Assembly (NCBI GenBank): GCA_020137815.1
Contig: CM035355.1
Location: 6,200,001-6,264,000 of the forward strand
Length of the DNA: 64,000 nt
Reading direction: 5' to 3'
Origin: Hormiphora californensis
Lineage: Eukaryota; Animalia; Ctenophora
Part shown: positions 39,170 through 52,304 of the stretch, one piece after another
Layout: each line of letters begins with the position of its first letter
How positions within the stretch are numbered: position 1 is the stretch's first letter
Program-made: the position numbers and the translations under genes
The notes under the pieces: model-generated
Database searches by the model: none
What the model saw: only the letters and a program-made list of their open reading frames with translations
Told to the model about the DNA's origin: nothing

Positions 39170-39945
39170 GGGTATTGTGCGACGTGTACTCAGTACTGTG
39201 TATCACAGCCTGTTCCTCAATAAGTGTGTATTGCAGTACAGCTCAATACAACAGTACTGCTAACAATATTGTACAATTTGCATCAGTGTCGGGAAGAATT
39301 GCTACCATACAATACACTTATGTATTGTGTCTTGTGAGTGTAGTGTGTACCGTGTAATGATAGCGGTTACCGCGCATTTTCACCCGACATTGGTACCAAG
39401 GTTAGCATGGTGCACTATGTAATGTGCGGTCTTGTTGTATGATTAGCTAACATATTTATTGGCAAACATTTTGGGGGAGAGTTTGTGTTATACGCAATGT
39501 TTCCGATGTTTTGTTTGGTCACCTTTCTCCTTTGTTTTGGTCCTAGGAAAATTATTTATCAAGCATTTAAACTAGTTAGTCGCATATTTAACCTACGAAG
39601 ATGATGGCTTTATTTTTATTACATCTCATGACTCTTTTTACCACTAAATTAAGTTTCCTTCTGTTTCGAGTGTGTGTGTTATTGCATATAATATAGAGTT
39701 TACAACCACACTGTGTTTCAATTGACAACCTATGCTACGAGGTTGTTTCTTACAACCCCCCACCCGGCTCCCTTCCAGCCCCCTACAACCCCCATCCTCC
39801 TCGATATCCCTCCTTGTTGAGACTCACGGGTACCAAAGCCGCCCCTGACGGCATTGAGTAGCAATTCCCTCCACTTCATCTTTCTAGCCATGTAACTTTA
39901 AGAAGATCTATATAATTCAGTGAGGTGTCTGTAACGGACTAGGAC

Positions 39946-41636
39946 ATGGGTGGTAACACTTTAAGCGTTCCCATTGATCATGCCAAGAAGACGGGTGTCC
40001 TCTCTCTACAGGCAAAGAAACTAGAAAAGGTTCGTCCACGTCAATTAGTTTCTATTTTGCTGCCTAGTTACAGTTAGCTTCAGTTACCTATTTTAGTTAC
40101 CGTTGTTAACATGAGTTGCCTAGGTAACCAGTAACTATTGCCCATAGTAAATTTAGAATTCAATAATATTGAATTCTAACTTCCCTACCAGTTTCCCGAG
40201 GATATATTTGAGCTGCGGCGGAATCTCAGGACCCTTGATCTATCCCACAATAAGTTGGATGAGTTACCGGATGATATTGGCTGTCTTCAGATGCTCAGAA
40301 CACTTAAACTTGAGGACAACAAACTCGGTAATTACATGTTACAGTAATTATCATTTTATAACATTTTATACGACATTTTATGAGGTCAACTACTATAGCA
40401 ACGGTTGACGGAGCTACCACAAATGTGGTCTTCACCAGTAACATTTCGTAACATGTTTCCCTCCCACATATCTTTAGGTGTGTTACCAAAGCCTATTGGT
40501 AACCTTGGAAAGCTAGAAGCCCTCCATCTTTCTGGTAATCCACTGATGGACTGGCCCACCCAAATACACAGGTGTACCAATCTAAAACACCTGGACCTGT
40601 CACGGTGCCGCATATCCGAGGTAAACAAACACGCAAACAAACACACAAACAAACAAACAAACACACAAACACAAAAACAATCATGGGATACACACTTTTC
40701 GTACGTGATATTACAGTGACTCAAGATTTAAGATCTGACAACATTCCTTAGCAGAGTTATTGAGAGAGAACAGTAGGGAGATTTTATTTTGTGATGATCG
40801 TAATCTTGGTTTTTCTTTTCAATATCCCCCACACTGTAATGTTCTACAGGTGCCGGACAGTATTAACAGTTTGAAGAAGCTAGACTATCTGTGTCTGTCA
40901 AACAATCGAATCCACACCATCCCTGAGGGCTTGTGTGAGCTAAAGCTGGTGGAGATTGATCTAAATCAGAATGAAATCGCTGGTATGAAGAAACTTAGTT
41001 AAAACTAAATTAACATGATTCGATTTTGATTGGAAGTTGTAACATACACAACTGCCCAGTTCACTTAATTAATTAGTTAATTAATTAGTTAGTTAATAAC
41101 CCCTTCTCCACCTAGTGATACCCAGTTCATTTACCAAGAACACCTCCCTCCGTGTACTGAGATTGGACTACAACTCAATAACTTGTGCTGGCATTCCAAA
41201 TGAAATCCTTTCCGAGTAAGAATACAACGTGAACCAGTATCAAGTTTAGGGTTATTGAACTAATTAGTAGTTCATCAATTAATTAGTTACTTATTTACAG
41301 ATAAGTAATTCATTAACTGATTAGTAATTCAATAACTAATTAATACATTTTCTACCACTAACCCCCCCCCCTAGTACGACTATCTCGACCTTGTCTTTGG
41401 AGGGGAATCCTCTTGATGTTCGGAAATTCCATGAAATGGACGGTTATGACAAGGTACACCTATCTTACACATGTGTCATTATGTACTTACTTCACCCCTC
41501 TAGCCCCAATATTGAGATTCAGAAATTTTGACTGACACAAGTTACGTAGTTGCTCCTCTCACACTATATTTCACGTGCTCCCTTCCCCCCACAGTACAAT
41601 GAACGGTACGCAGCAACGAAACGGAAATGCGATTGA
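39946..41636 (+). CDS. LRRC57: Leucine-rich repeat protein 57 (7 exons)
   Basis: MGGNTLSVPIDHAKKTGVLSL..FPEDIFELRRNLRTLDLSHNKL..LVEIDLNQNEI..LEGNPLDVRKFHEMDGYDK|YNERYAATKRKCD*, matching the LRRC57 N- and C-terminal signatures. Confidence 0.92.
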
Positions 41637-42164
41637 AGAAATGCGAAAAAGTATAATGCTATGGATCACAGATATCTCTCAGCTGAGTATCTCTCTCCCT
41701 TGAATTCTGGTTCAGCTGAGTATTTGATATATTTGAGGACTAAGAAAGAGGTTTCTAGAGAGAGGTTTCTAATTAGAACTGCTTGAAATGTAAATGACAT
41801 TGTAGACTCTGGTCTCTCCTTAGTAATTGTGAGTTAGATGGCCATGGTTACCATAGTTACTTCACCATGGTTACCGCGAGTTTCAAGTCCTCTGACCTCT
41901 GTCCCAGGAGTCTTGGTAATTTTGCAGAGTTATGATTTTTTTTCTCGGGTTTGCTGTATGTATTCTAGTTTGCTAATAGTCTGCTAATTTAGATAAAAAA
42001 TGGGTTACTGATGATTATGTGTGTTGTATGTCAATTCAGATGTTCATTTTCTAGTATAAATTTCCGAATTTCGAGTATTCATTTACCACACTTGACGCAT
42101 GTATTATTACACGTGTAATTAAGTTCTAATTTGACATATTATCTCCCTAATAGTAAATGGCAGT

Positions 42165-43127
42165 ATGAGTGTAGCCACGGCCTATGCAGTGCACGCAGCA
42201 CGTGCTAAACAGGCGGCTGATGCTGCAGAGTTGGCTGGACTCAACACGGACCCAACTGTTATACTGACTGAGCAGGTAAGGATTGGAGTTATACAGCAGG
42301 GTCCTGTACGTTATTTTATTTGTTGAGTATATTTGGGAGTCTCCCTTTCTCTCTCACCCCTTAAAAAACAAGGTGTTGATAGTAATACCCATTATTTTAG
42401 GAGCGGACCCAGTTTGTACATGGAATGAGTGCTGGGGTAAAGTCTATTCTGGCACCTCTAGAGGCCAAGGTTACCCAGCGGGTGGATGCCGTTATTGATA
42501 GTCAGGTCAGTTAGTTGGGGGTTAGTTGTTATGGTAACTAAATTGGTTACCAGGGTAATGTTAACCCTTGGTTACCATGGTAGCTTAAACCCTTAGGTAG
42601 CATGGCTAACCTCTCCTTTTTTGCCAGGGGCATCTAGAGGCGGTTGTAGATGCAGCCCTAGAGAGAAGGAAGAGGGCGGAGGGAGTGCTTAGGGAAGTGC
42701 AGGGTATCATGGCTCAGGTTCCTGCATACCGACAAAAACTTATCCTGGTAAGGAGTTTTGTACCGTTTTAGAATTTAATTGGCAAGGTTACAAAACTGGT
42801 CCGCTTTGTCCTTCAGTTTTCCATTCCACACAGGTATGCCCTTCTCCAAAACCAGCTCAAACCTGTCAGAGCATTGGCCTGACAGGCTCAAACAAACAAA
42901 GAGACCAACGAACAAACCTATACATTCTGCAGGTTAGAAAGGAGATGATAGCGATTAACAAGAGGACATCACGTTTATCCCAGAAAGCAACCCAACTCCG
43001 GGGAATGAGGGACCGGATGAGGGAGCAGGAGAGAAGGGAATCAGAGAGATTGGAGGCTCGAGTGGTTACCATGACTCCCGCCTCGGGGAGTCAGCCAGGG
43101 ACTGCTAATATTGGGCATGATGGATAA
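42165..43127 (+). CDS. BLOC1S6: BLOC-1 subunit 6 (pallidin), 4 exons
   Basis: Spliced ORF contains YRQKLILVRKEMIAINKRTSRLSQKATQL, similar to pallidin YHAKLVNIRKEM..KTSKLKKRALKL. Confidence 0.8.
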
Positions 43128-44129
43128 CCAGGGGTAGCCATTGGTAACAGGTGTATTGTGTAACCATTGGTGACAGGGGTAACAAGGGTAACCAGGGGTA
43201 ACCACTTTAATGGTGGGAGCCTGGTTAGGGTGGGAGAGAATTTTTGTGTTGAAGGCTGGTCCTTCCCGTTTGTTTTATAAATCATTGTTATTATTGTTCA
43301 TTTTTTTGTAGATATCTCGTTTTTGACTCCTTTCCCTTTCCCTTCTTACTTACCCCGAACATATGTCTACTTTTAGTATTCAGTTCTCTAACTAACACCT
43401 CTAACCTCTTTTTAGCAATTTAGCATGTCTAGCATCTCTCAGATCTAAGAACCAGAAACATGGAATATCGTTGGTAATAATGCACAACCTAGTGTCTGGG
43501 AGATGCTGTGTGTTGTACAAGTGAGATAAGAGGTATTCATAGTCCCTCCAGTCCATATTACATTTCCTAGTCATATTTTTGTCGAGTGTCGACCCAAACT
43601 CGTGCGTGTGTGATAATTATTATTTATTGAAGTGGAAACCACATTTAAAGCGCTTTAAAACTGAATGAATCATTCCGTCGCCGTGAAAGTGGGAGATGAA
43701 GGTGTGGTCCGGGATGGTTCCTTTCCCCTGACTTCCACATTCGCTAGTTTTAAAAAGCACTTTATTTTAAGTTCTTTGGGAAATTGCTTTAAAGCGCTAC
43801 AAAAATCGCATTAAGCAGTAGAAATCCGAAGTTATTAGTTTAAGATTTAATCTTAATTAACAAGAACTCACATTTACATACATACGGTCTAAAAATTATA
43901 TAGACCTTTCCATACTGCTTTTACCCATGCAAATTAGACTAATCTGAAAAGTACTTCTTGTGTTCTCGCTGAAAGGATACACATCCTTAAACACAAGGTT
44001 TTATTTGTATTCGATCATGGTTACAACGATATATGGTAACCACTCATGGTAACCAATCATGGTAACCAATCATGGTAACCGATAGTGACCAATAGTAACC
44101 ACTGTTATTTGGTAACCATAGCAACTGAT

Positions 44130-44245
44130 CTGTTTAGTTGTCCACGGGGCAGATGGCCCTAATTTTACAAACATTCGTATCATGAAACTTCCAACTTTGT
44201 CACGCGATGCTGCATCTGTGCCCCTGAGAGGGAGATCGGGGGATT
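44130..44245 (-). pseudogene. Deleted 3' fragment of the BLVRB-like gene
   Basis: Copies about 48185-48225 fused to about 48645-48725 through ATTTT microhomology. Confidence 0.8.
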
Positions 44246-44535
44246 ATTATTATTATAGAACTCGTACAGTTTAAATATGTCCAATAAATTAGCTCCTAAA
44301 TAAACTGATGAGCGACACTCATACTTCTCCACCCAACTCTGTCTCTCGCAGCCTCCATTACCGCATCAAAATCATTCAATATATCGAAACCCCTCTCCCT
44401 AAGATCACATTTAAGTACTGAAAAGAGGTTTGTTTGGTGCCTCCCTCGTCTACCCCTCATGTCACATGATACAGCGAATTTAAGAGCCATCATAGCAGGG
44501 GCGTTGGTCTGACTCCTAAGAATATGACGACATTT
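44244..44535 (-). mobile_element. 5'-truncated LINE (RTE-like) 3' end
   Basis: RHILRS..MRGRRGRHQTNL..CDLRERG..AARDRVGWRSM; (TAA)n tail at 44244-44258. Confidence 0.7.
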
Positions 44536-45310
44536 TGATTTAAAATTTTAAAAAACAAAAAAAAGGGGAATTTAATTAATTTAATTACTTAGAGATTAAT
44601 TTTGGGGTGGCCCCTGCACAATTTTGGCAAATTTGATATTCAAACTTTGAGCCTTTGTGAAAGTAATGAAAATTATTTATTTCAGGTTATGATGAACAAT
44701 AAGCTATAAAAACGCCCCTTTTTGTTACACAAGCCTGTGCTTGGTATCGAAGACACCTCACACTCTGTCGCCGGGCGACCTTCGCGTGCACACGCTGGCA
44801 AGGGGTAACTTCGTAACCAAAGCCTGTGCATTGTGCATAATGAAATGGATAAATTTTCATCCAGTTGCTGGCGATAGAACTCGATAGAGTTCGATTGATT
44901 TACCATGACAACGGAGTTGGTTACCATACTAACCAGAGAATTCGTTGTAAAATAGTCCTTTCTTGCTATAAACTCGGCCTTTAGATAGAAAATTGATTTT
45001 ATTCTACTCGCACTAATGCAAGGGCATTTCACAGTTTGGTGCCGTTATTTTTGTCTCTATTTTTAATAGGATTTTGGGATTAGACTGAAAGTATGGGATC
45101 ATTTGAGAAGTAGTGAAGATTTGAAAATGTTAGCAACTTGCCGGTTCGACAAACTAAACCCATATGATTCCAACTTCGGGTCGGACGAGGGGAAGCTTGC
45201 CTTTTACGAACATATAATAATAGCCTTGTTGGTTTTTTTTATTAGGGAGTTTTCCCCTCTCTCATCCCTTTAAACCAAAGTTTTGATGTTAGCAATACCC
45301 ATTATTTTAG

Positions 45311-46061
45311 GAGCGAACCCAGTTTGTACATGGAATGAGTGCTGGGGTAAAGTCCATTCTGGCACCTTTAGAGGCCAAGGTTACCCAGAGGGTGGATGCC
45401 GTTATTGATAGTCAGGTTAGTCGGTTGTCATGGTAAATGAATTGGTAACCATGGTGATGTTAATTCTTGGTTACCATTGGTTATGTTATCCCTTGGTTAC
45501 CATAGTAATGTTAACCCTTGCTTATCATGGTAATGATAACGCTTGGGTAGCCTTGTCAACCTCTCCTACTTCAGGGGCATCTTGAGGCTGTTGTAGATGC
45601 AGCCCTAGAAAGAAGGAAGAGGGCAGAGGGAGTGCTTAGGGAAGTGCAGGGTATCATGGCGCAGGTTCCTGCGTACAGGCAAAAACTTATCCTGGTAAGG
45701 AATTTTATATTAGTTTTAGAATTTTTAAGAATTTCATCCTGTTTATTGAATTTAACCCTATGGAAAGGTTACAACATTGGTCCTTCCATTCTATGACACA
45801 GATGACCTCCTCCAAAAGCAGAATAAACAAACAAACAAACAAAATACAAATGAATTCTGCATGCAGGTTAGAAAGGAGATGATAGCGATTAACAAGCGGA
45901 CATCACGTTTATCCCAGAAAGCGACCCAACTCCGGGGAATGAGGGATAGGATGAGGGAGCAGGAGAGAAGGGAATCAGAGAGATTGGAGGCTCGAGTGGT
46001 AACCATGACACCTGCCTCGGGAAGTCAGCCAGGGACTGCTAATATTGGGCATGATGGGTAA
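45311..46061 (+). pseudogene. BLOC1S6: Partial BLOC1S6 duplicate (exons 2-4 intact, exon 1 absent)
   Basis: Near-identical exons with intact splice sites; homology to copy 1 begins in intron 1 (about 45245). Confidence 0.8.
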
Positions 46062-46454
46062 CCAGGGGTAACAGAGGTAACCATTGGTAACCACTATAAA
46101 GGTGGGGGCCTGGTTGGGGTGGGTGGGAGAGAATGTTTTTGTTGAAGGCTGGTCCTTACTGTTTGTTTTATAAATCATTGTTTATTGTTCACTTTTTGTA
46201 GATATCTTGTTTTTTACTCCTTTCCCTTCCCCTTGCTGGTTACCCCTTTAAATGTTTACTTATTATTTAGTTCTCTAACTAACACAGAACCTCTTTTTAG
46301 CATGTCTAGCATCTCTGAGATCTGAGACCCAGAAACATGGAATATCTTGGTAATAATGCACAACCTAGTGTCTGGGAGACACTGCATGTGTTGTATAAGT
46401 GAGATAAGAGGTATTCATAGTCCCTCCAGTCCATATTACATTTCCTAGTCATAT

Positions 46455-47669
46455 TTTTTCCCCGCCTGGGTGAATGCCGAAGGCATTCACCCAGATGCCT
46501 TTTGCAAAAAGGCATAGGGGTTTAGAATTCGACAATTTTACATACTAGTGATGTGTCACGCTTTTTTGTCCTGTAACGTAACCCGCTCAGTTGCGAGGGA
46601 CAACGGTGTTGCTCCTTCATCAAATACGTCAATGGCACGTTTTCAGGAAATGTGAGCCCTGCAATGTGGCGCGCAATTTAGTGCTACTAAAACACAAGGA
46701 TTTGTTCTAATGGGGGGGGGGGGGCAACGAATTTTTTATATATTTCCTTAATTTTGGAATTTTTTATATATATATAAAAATATATAAAAATATATAAAAA
46801 TATATAAAAATATATAAAGTTATATAAATAATATATAAAGATATATAAAAATATATAAAATAAACCCTTTTTTCACCCCTTTTACTTTCAAAAAAGGGGA
46901 TTATTTCCATCTATTGTTCACTTGAATATGTTTCATAGAGTTAATTTAAGTGTTTGAGAGGGTAATAGCTGTTTTACATAATTGAGAATGTGTTCAAAAG
47001 TGAATTATGCACTGTCAAAAGTAGAACTGGTGAAGAGAGGTTCCGGCCTAATAATATCTACCAGTTTTGGTGTGATTTCAATCATTTTTTGTATGTTGAT
47101 CCGTGCAGATGTACTAGAACTGGTGAAGAGAGGTTGGGATCGCGAAACTAAAAAAACAAATCATTTTTGACGTCATTTTGACGTCATGACGTTATTGACG
47201 CGACGTCACGATGTTACAAACGTCACATTGATGACGGAAAATCATCAGGATTATCTAGATGAAGATGCTGACCAAGTTTGAGATCAATTGAATGATATTT
47301 GATCCCGCTATGGCGAAAAACAGCTTTCTGTTTTCACACTTTCGGCACAATTTTTTATATATTTTTATATATTTTTTATATATTTTTATATATTTTTATA
47401 TATTCATATGTATTTTTATATATTTTTATATATTTTATATATATATAAAAAATTATGTTTTTTTTTTCCAAAAAAAAGGTATATAAAATATATAAAAATA
47501 TATAAAAAATGAGCGTTGGCCCCCCCCCCCCCCCCCCCCGTTCTAATACGGTCTGAGTGATTCATAAATGATCGGAAATGTCTGTCCCGCCTTCACATTA
47601 GATGGTTTTGAAAATAAAGGTTGGCGGGGAAACATAGCATTATGAAACATAATGCAGTTATTCTTGTTT
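46455..47669 (+). mobile_element. Helentron-like non-autonomous element inserted in a T-run
   Basis: SubTIR ttttccccgcc...ggcggggaaa; 5' hairpins ctgggtgaatgcc-gaa-ggcattcacccag; 3' hairpin gcattatg-aaa-cataatgc then TTCTTGTT; empty site tcatatttttgtcgag at 43571. Confidence 0.8.
46712..47539. mobile_element. TIR element with G-run/C-run ends and AT-rich arms, 8-bp TSD, nested in the Helentron-like element
   Basis: TSD gttctaat at 46704-46711 and 47540-47547; (tatataaaaa)n arms in inverted orientation. Confidence 0.8.
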
Positions 47670-48191
47670 GTCGAGTGTCGACCCAAACTCGTGCGTGTGT
47701 GATAATTATTATTTATTGAAGTGGGCACCACATGTATGTAAAGCACTTTAAAACTTTTAGAGAATGAATCATTCCGTCGCCCTGAAAGTGGGAGATGAAG
47801 GTGTGGTCCGGGATGGTTCCTTTCCCCTGATTTCCACCTTCGATAGTTTTAAAAAGCACTTTATTTTACGTTCTTGGGGAAAGCGCTACAAGAATAGCTT
47901 TAGAAATCCGAAGTTATTAGTTTAAGATAATCAAGAACCCACATTTACATACACACGGTCTAAAAATTATATATAGCATTTTTCACACTGCTTTTACCCA
48001 TGCAAGTTATACTAATCTGAAAAAGTACTTCTTGTGTTCTCGCTGAAAGGATACACATCCTTAAACACAAGTTTTTATTTGTATTCGATCATGGTTACAA
48101 CGATACATGGTAACCAATCATGGTAACCAATAGTAACCGATAGTGACCAATAATAACCACTGGTATTTGGTAACCATAGCAACTAATCTGT

Positions 48192-49416
48192 CTAGTTTTC
48201 CACGGGGCAGATGGCCCTAATTTTCCTGTATGAATCCTCGTCTTCCAGAATTGATAGAATGTACCTGGCCACGTCGGCTCTTTCGGTTTGAACATCCCAA
48301 TATTGGTCCACTTGTGTTGTGCAGAAATCCGTGTCGTTTATGACGAAGCTCTTGTCTGGGATAAATTAAGGGGAATTGATATTAGGTTAGGACAAAAGGG
48401 GGAGACAGTTGGGAATTGGCCGGGAAAGAAGGACTCTAGTTTGGTGGTTCTACGGTATTGCTATTTGCTGTGTATCACCGCACCCCGTGTGACCTCTTTC
48501 AGAACCTTTTTCTGAGCAATATAATACCTGTGACAGGTCCATTGGTGAGGCCCCCGGGAAGTACAAAAGTATAATCAAGGTGATCTGATTTCTCAATCTC
48601 GATCTCGCTCTGTCTCATTCCTTCCAGAAGCTGCCCTATGAAGTATTTTACAAACATTCGTATCATGAAACTTCCAACTTTGTCACGCGATGCTGCATCT
48701 GTGCCCCTGGGAGGGAGATCGGGGGAATATAATCGATCTAAAACCAGATAACTCTCGAAATTGATAGTTAGAGACACGAAGTTTAGAGTATCAGGCATCA
48801 GGCTGCCCCTAAGTCAGAGAGGGATCACTCACCAGGAGTGCATGAAGATACACCTTCGTTTCCCTGCTTCCCTCATACACTCTGACACATTGCCCTCTAC
48901 TGTCAGAAAGTGCCTGGAAAGGAGGTGATAAGTTACGGCAGCTGTTCTAAACAGGATAATGATATTTCTCCGGAGCACGAGCATCTCAAAGTTAAAAACA
49001 AGGCGCTGGCCGGTTCTGCGTGGGGGCAACTTACGGGCAGGGCTCGAAGAACTGAACAGGGAACCCGATTGTAGATATGACAGCATCACAATCATTCACA
49101 TGAGGCTGGAGTTGGGACCTATCAAATACATCACACTGAACCACCTTGAGGTTCTCGTGGGTCTGGGTTATCTTACTGGGGGTACGAACCTGTAAAATAG
49201 AGCTAGGTATTGGCGTGAGAAAGTAGAAGGGGAGGGTAGAAAAGGTATAGACATAATTTATGCACAAATTTACGAAAGCCAAAGGGTATGGCTGTTTTGG
49301 AGGGGGCAGTACAAACGCGTACTAACCAGTGCGGTGACGTGATGGTCCTTCTCTAACGCCTGGGAAAGTAGGTGTTGGCCTGTCTGACCAGATGCTCCCA
49401 GTACTAATAACCTCAT
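48192..49416 (-). CDS. BLVRB: Flavin reductase (NADPH)/biliverdin reductase B-like, copy A (5 exons)
   Basis: MRLLVLGASGQTGQHLLSQALEKDHHVTALVRTPSK..DCDAVIS..LDYTFVLPGGLTNGP..RADVARYIL; Rossmann GxxGxxG. Confidence 0.88.
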
Positions 49417-50424
49417 AGTGCACAAGCTAGGATATAATGTAGCCCAGGGTGAAACTCGCTTAGGTCGAAAAATATCTTAACGGATCTCAAAATCAAATAA
49501 ATGCTGGGCCGACCAAAATACTCATGTTTCAATTATCATACAAACAGCTGGGTGCGGAGAGCGAAAGGGTCGAACAAAGCAACAAAAAAGTAAACATGTA
49601 GCAACGGATCAGAAAGCAGGGAACCTCAGAATTACAATGTATTATGTTCTCGGTTCAAAAGCTAAGCATTGTCTAGACATGGATCTTGATACGTGTACAA
49701 ACAAAACACTACATGTACAACTAGACAATACAACTGCTGTTTGATGAATGGTGCAAACACTAACAAAGCATCTTCTTCTACGAGGACGCACTAGCCACTA
49801 GGGGGTGGTACAATGAAGCTCCCTTTCCCCGTCTTTACAAGCACTAACAAAGCACTTCCTACCCACTACACAGTACCTGTGCCCTAGTCCGTGCCCTAAT
49901 ACATGTGATATGTTCGTGATATGTTCGTGATCTAATACAGCTGTTTAGTTAGTCAGCTTACATTTTCAACACCGACATCATTTGAACACAAAACTAGCGA
50001 AGGTGGATGACAGGGTAAAGGAACCATCCAGGATCTACCCTTCAAGTTCATCTCTCAATTTCAGGGAGACGAAATGATTCATTCTTTAAAAGTTGTAAAG
50101 CAAAAACATGTCTAAATTTGACATAATTGTTGGATAAGTAGAGTCTGATGGGTATCTAGTATCTAGCCAACTGACCTCGACCAGCCAGTCTGACAAAAAG
50201 TCACGGAGACGAAATTAAATCCACCATCAACAAGCGAGACGAAGCAGTTTCTAATTTCTGATTCCTAGTTTGCATGTTTGATGTTTACGCGATGTTTATA
50301 ATAGTTCCTATCCTTGATTTTGAAACCTACTTTATACTTTTTATCTTATCCAAGTTTCACCATGGGCTACCAACTGTTAACTCCACATGTTATCCCCTAG
50401 CTCCAGTGAATAGCAGGTGCAGCT

Positions 50425-51786
50425 ATGAGGTTATTGGTACTGGGAGCATCTGGTCAGACGGGCCAACATCTACTTTCCCAGGCATTAGAGAAGGACCATC
50501 ACGTCACCGCACTGGTTAGTACGTGTTTTTTGTACTGCCCCCCCCCCCATTTTGTCAATGCGAAATACGATGTTTTTTCTACCCTCGCCCTTCCACTTTC
50601 TCACGCAAATACCTAGCTCTATTTTACAGGTACGTACCCCCAGTAAGATAACCCAGACCCACGAGAACCTCAAGGTGGTTCAGTGTGATGTATTTGATAG
50701 GTCCCAACTCCAGCCTCATGTGAATGATTGTGACGCTGTCATATCTACCCTTGGATTCTCTGTTCAGTTCAGGGAACCCTGCCCGTAAGTTGCTCCCGTG
50801 CCGGAGCCCGGAAAAAACGGCCTTTCGGGGGCTGTAATGCAAGGCTCCTTGCTCCAGAGAAATGTCATTATCCTTTTTAGAACAGCTGTTGTAACTCATA
50901 TCACCTCCTTTCCAGGCACTTTCTAACAGTAGAGGGAAATGTGTCAGAGTGTATGAGGGAAGCAGGGAAACGAAGGTGTATCTTCATGCACTCCTGGTAA
51001 GTGATCCCTGAGTTTGATCTTAGTCTCGGTTTCTGGCAGCCTGATGCCGGATATTCTAAACTCGAACTATGATGTAGTTTCTAGAGTCCCTAGACTCTAG
51101 AGGTTGCCCCCTGCCAGGTCCCAAAAGATTAATCGCTCACTCCCCCTCCTAGGTACACAGACCCAGCATCCCGTGAGAAGTGTGGTAGTTTCATGGTACG
51201 GATGTTTGTAAAATACTTCATAGGACAGGTTCTGGAGGGAATGAGACAGAGCGAGATCGAGATTGAGAAATCAGATCACCTTGATTATACTTTTGTACTT
51301 CCCGGGGGCCTCACCAATGGACCTGTCACAGGTATATAGCTCAGAGAAAGGTTCTGAAAGAGGGGCACACAGGCTGTCATGGTACACAGTAATACATATA
51401 ACCGCCAAATGTGTGTCTTTATTTCCCGGCTCTAAGGTCTAACCTTCCCTCTATCCCTAGAGAAGAGTTTCATTACAAATGACACGGATTTCTGTGGTGA
51501 TGTTGAATACATAGAACCGCCAAATTCAAACATGCCTATTTTCCGCCCAATACTACTTACCTAACTTTAAGGTGTCTCCCCTTTGTCATAAACAAGATCT
51601 AACTATCCCTTTATCCCTATAGAGAAGAGCTTCATTACCAATGACACTGATTTCTACGTATCCCAAGTGGACCGATCTGGGGCAACTCGTACTGACAGAG
51701 CCGACGTGGCAAGGTACATTCTATCAATTCTGGAAGATGAGGATTCATTCAGGAAAATTAGGGCCATCTGCCCCGTGGAAAACTAG
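50425..51786 (+). CDS. BLVRB: Flavin reductase (NADPH)/biliverdin reductase B-like, copy B (5 exons)
   Basis: Same exon structure and near-identical protein to copy A, in opposite orientation. Confidence 0.88.
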
Positions 51787-52304
51787 ACAGATCAGTTGCT
51801 ATGGTTACCAAATATATTAGTAACCAGTGGCTGTTATAGGTCACAATTAAAGTTACCATGATTGGTTACCATATCGTGACCGTGGTAACCAATCGATAAC
51901 AAATAAAAACTTGTATGTATGTGTATCACATTATCTAACAGCAAATAGGAGCACCTTTTCAAATTATTGGTCCAGTTTTCATCTGTTAAAGTTCTAGATA
52001 ATTTTCAGACTGTGTGTGTATAATTATTGTGGCTGTGGTTTCTTGTTGATTAAGTTTCTCTTATAGTGACTTCGCGTTTCTACTTTAGCTTTTCTGAACC
52101 CCGATCCTATTTCCCACCTCCATCACCCTGATGCCAGTATTGAAATTACCCCTTTTACTACCTCGGACCTCCTAATCTGAGAAATGAGCGGTAATTTCGT
52201 CACCAAAGTTCATTACTCCGTCCTACTACAAGTACAACTCAATGAATACAACCTCATGTTACAATTCTTGTACAAATAAATCTGAATATTATATCTGGTC
52301 ATCT

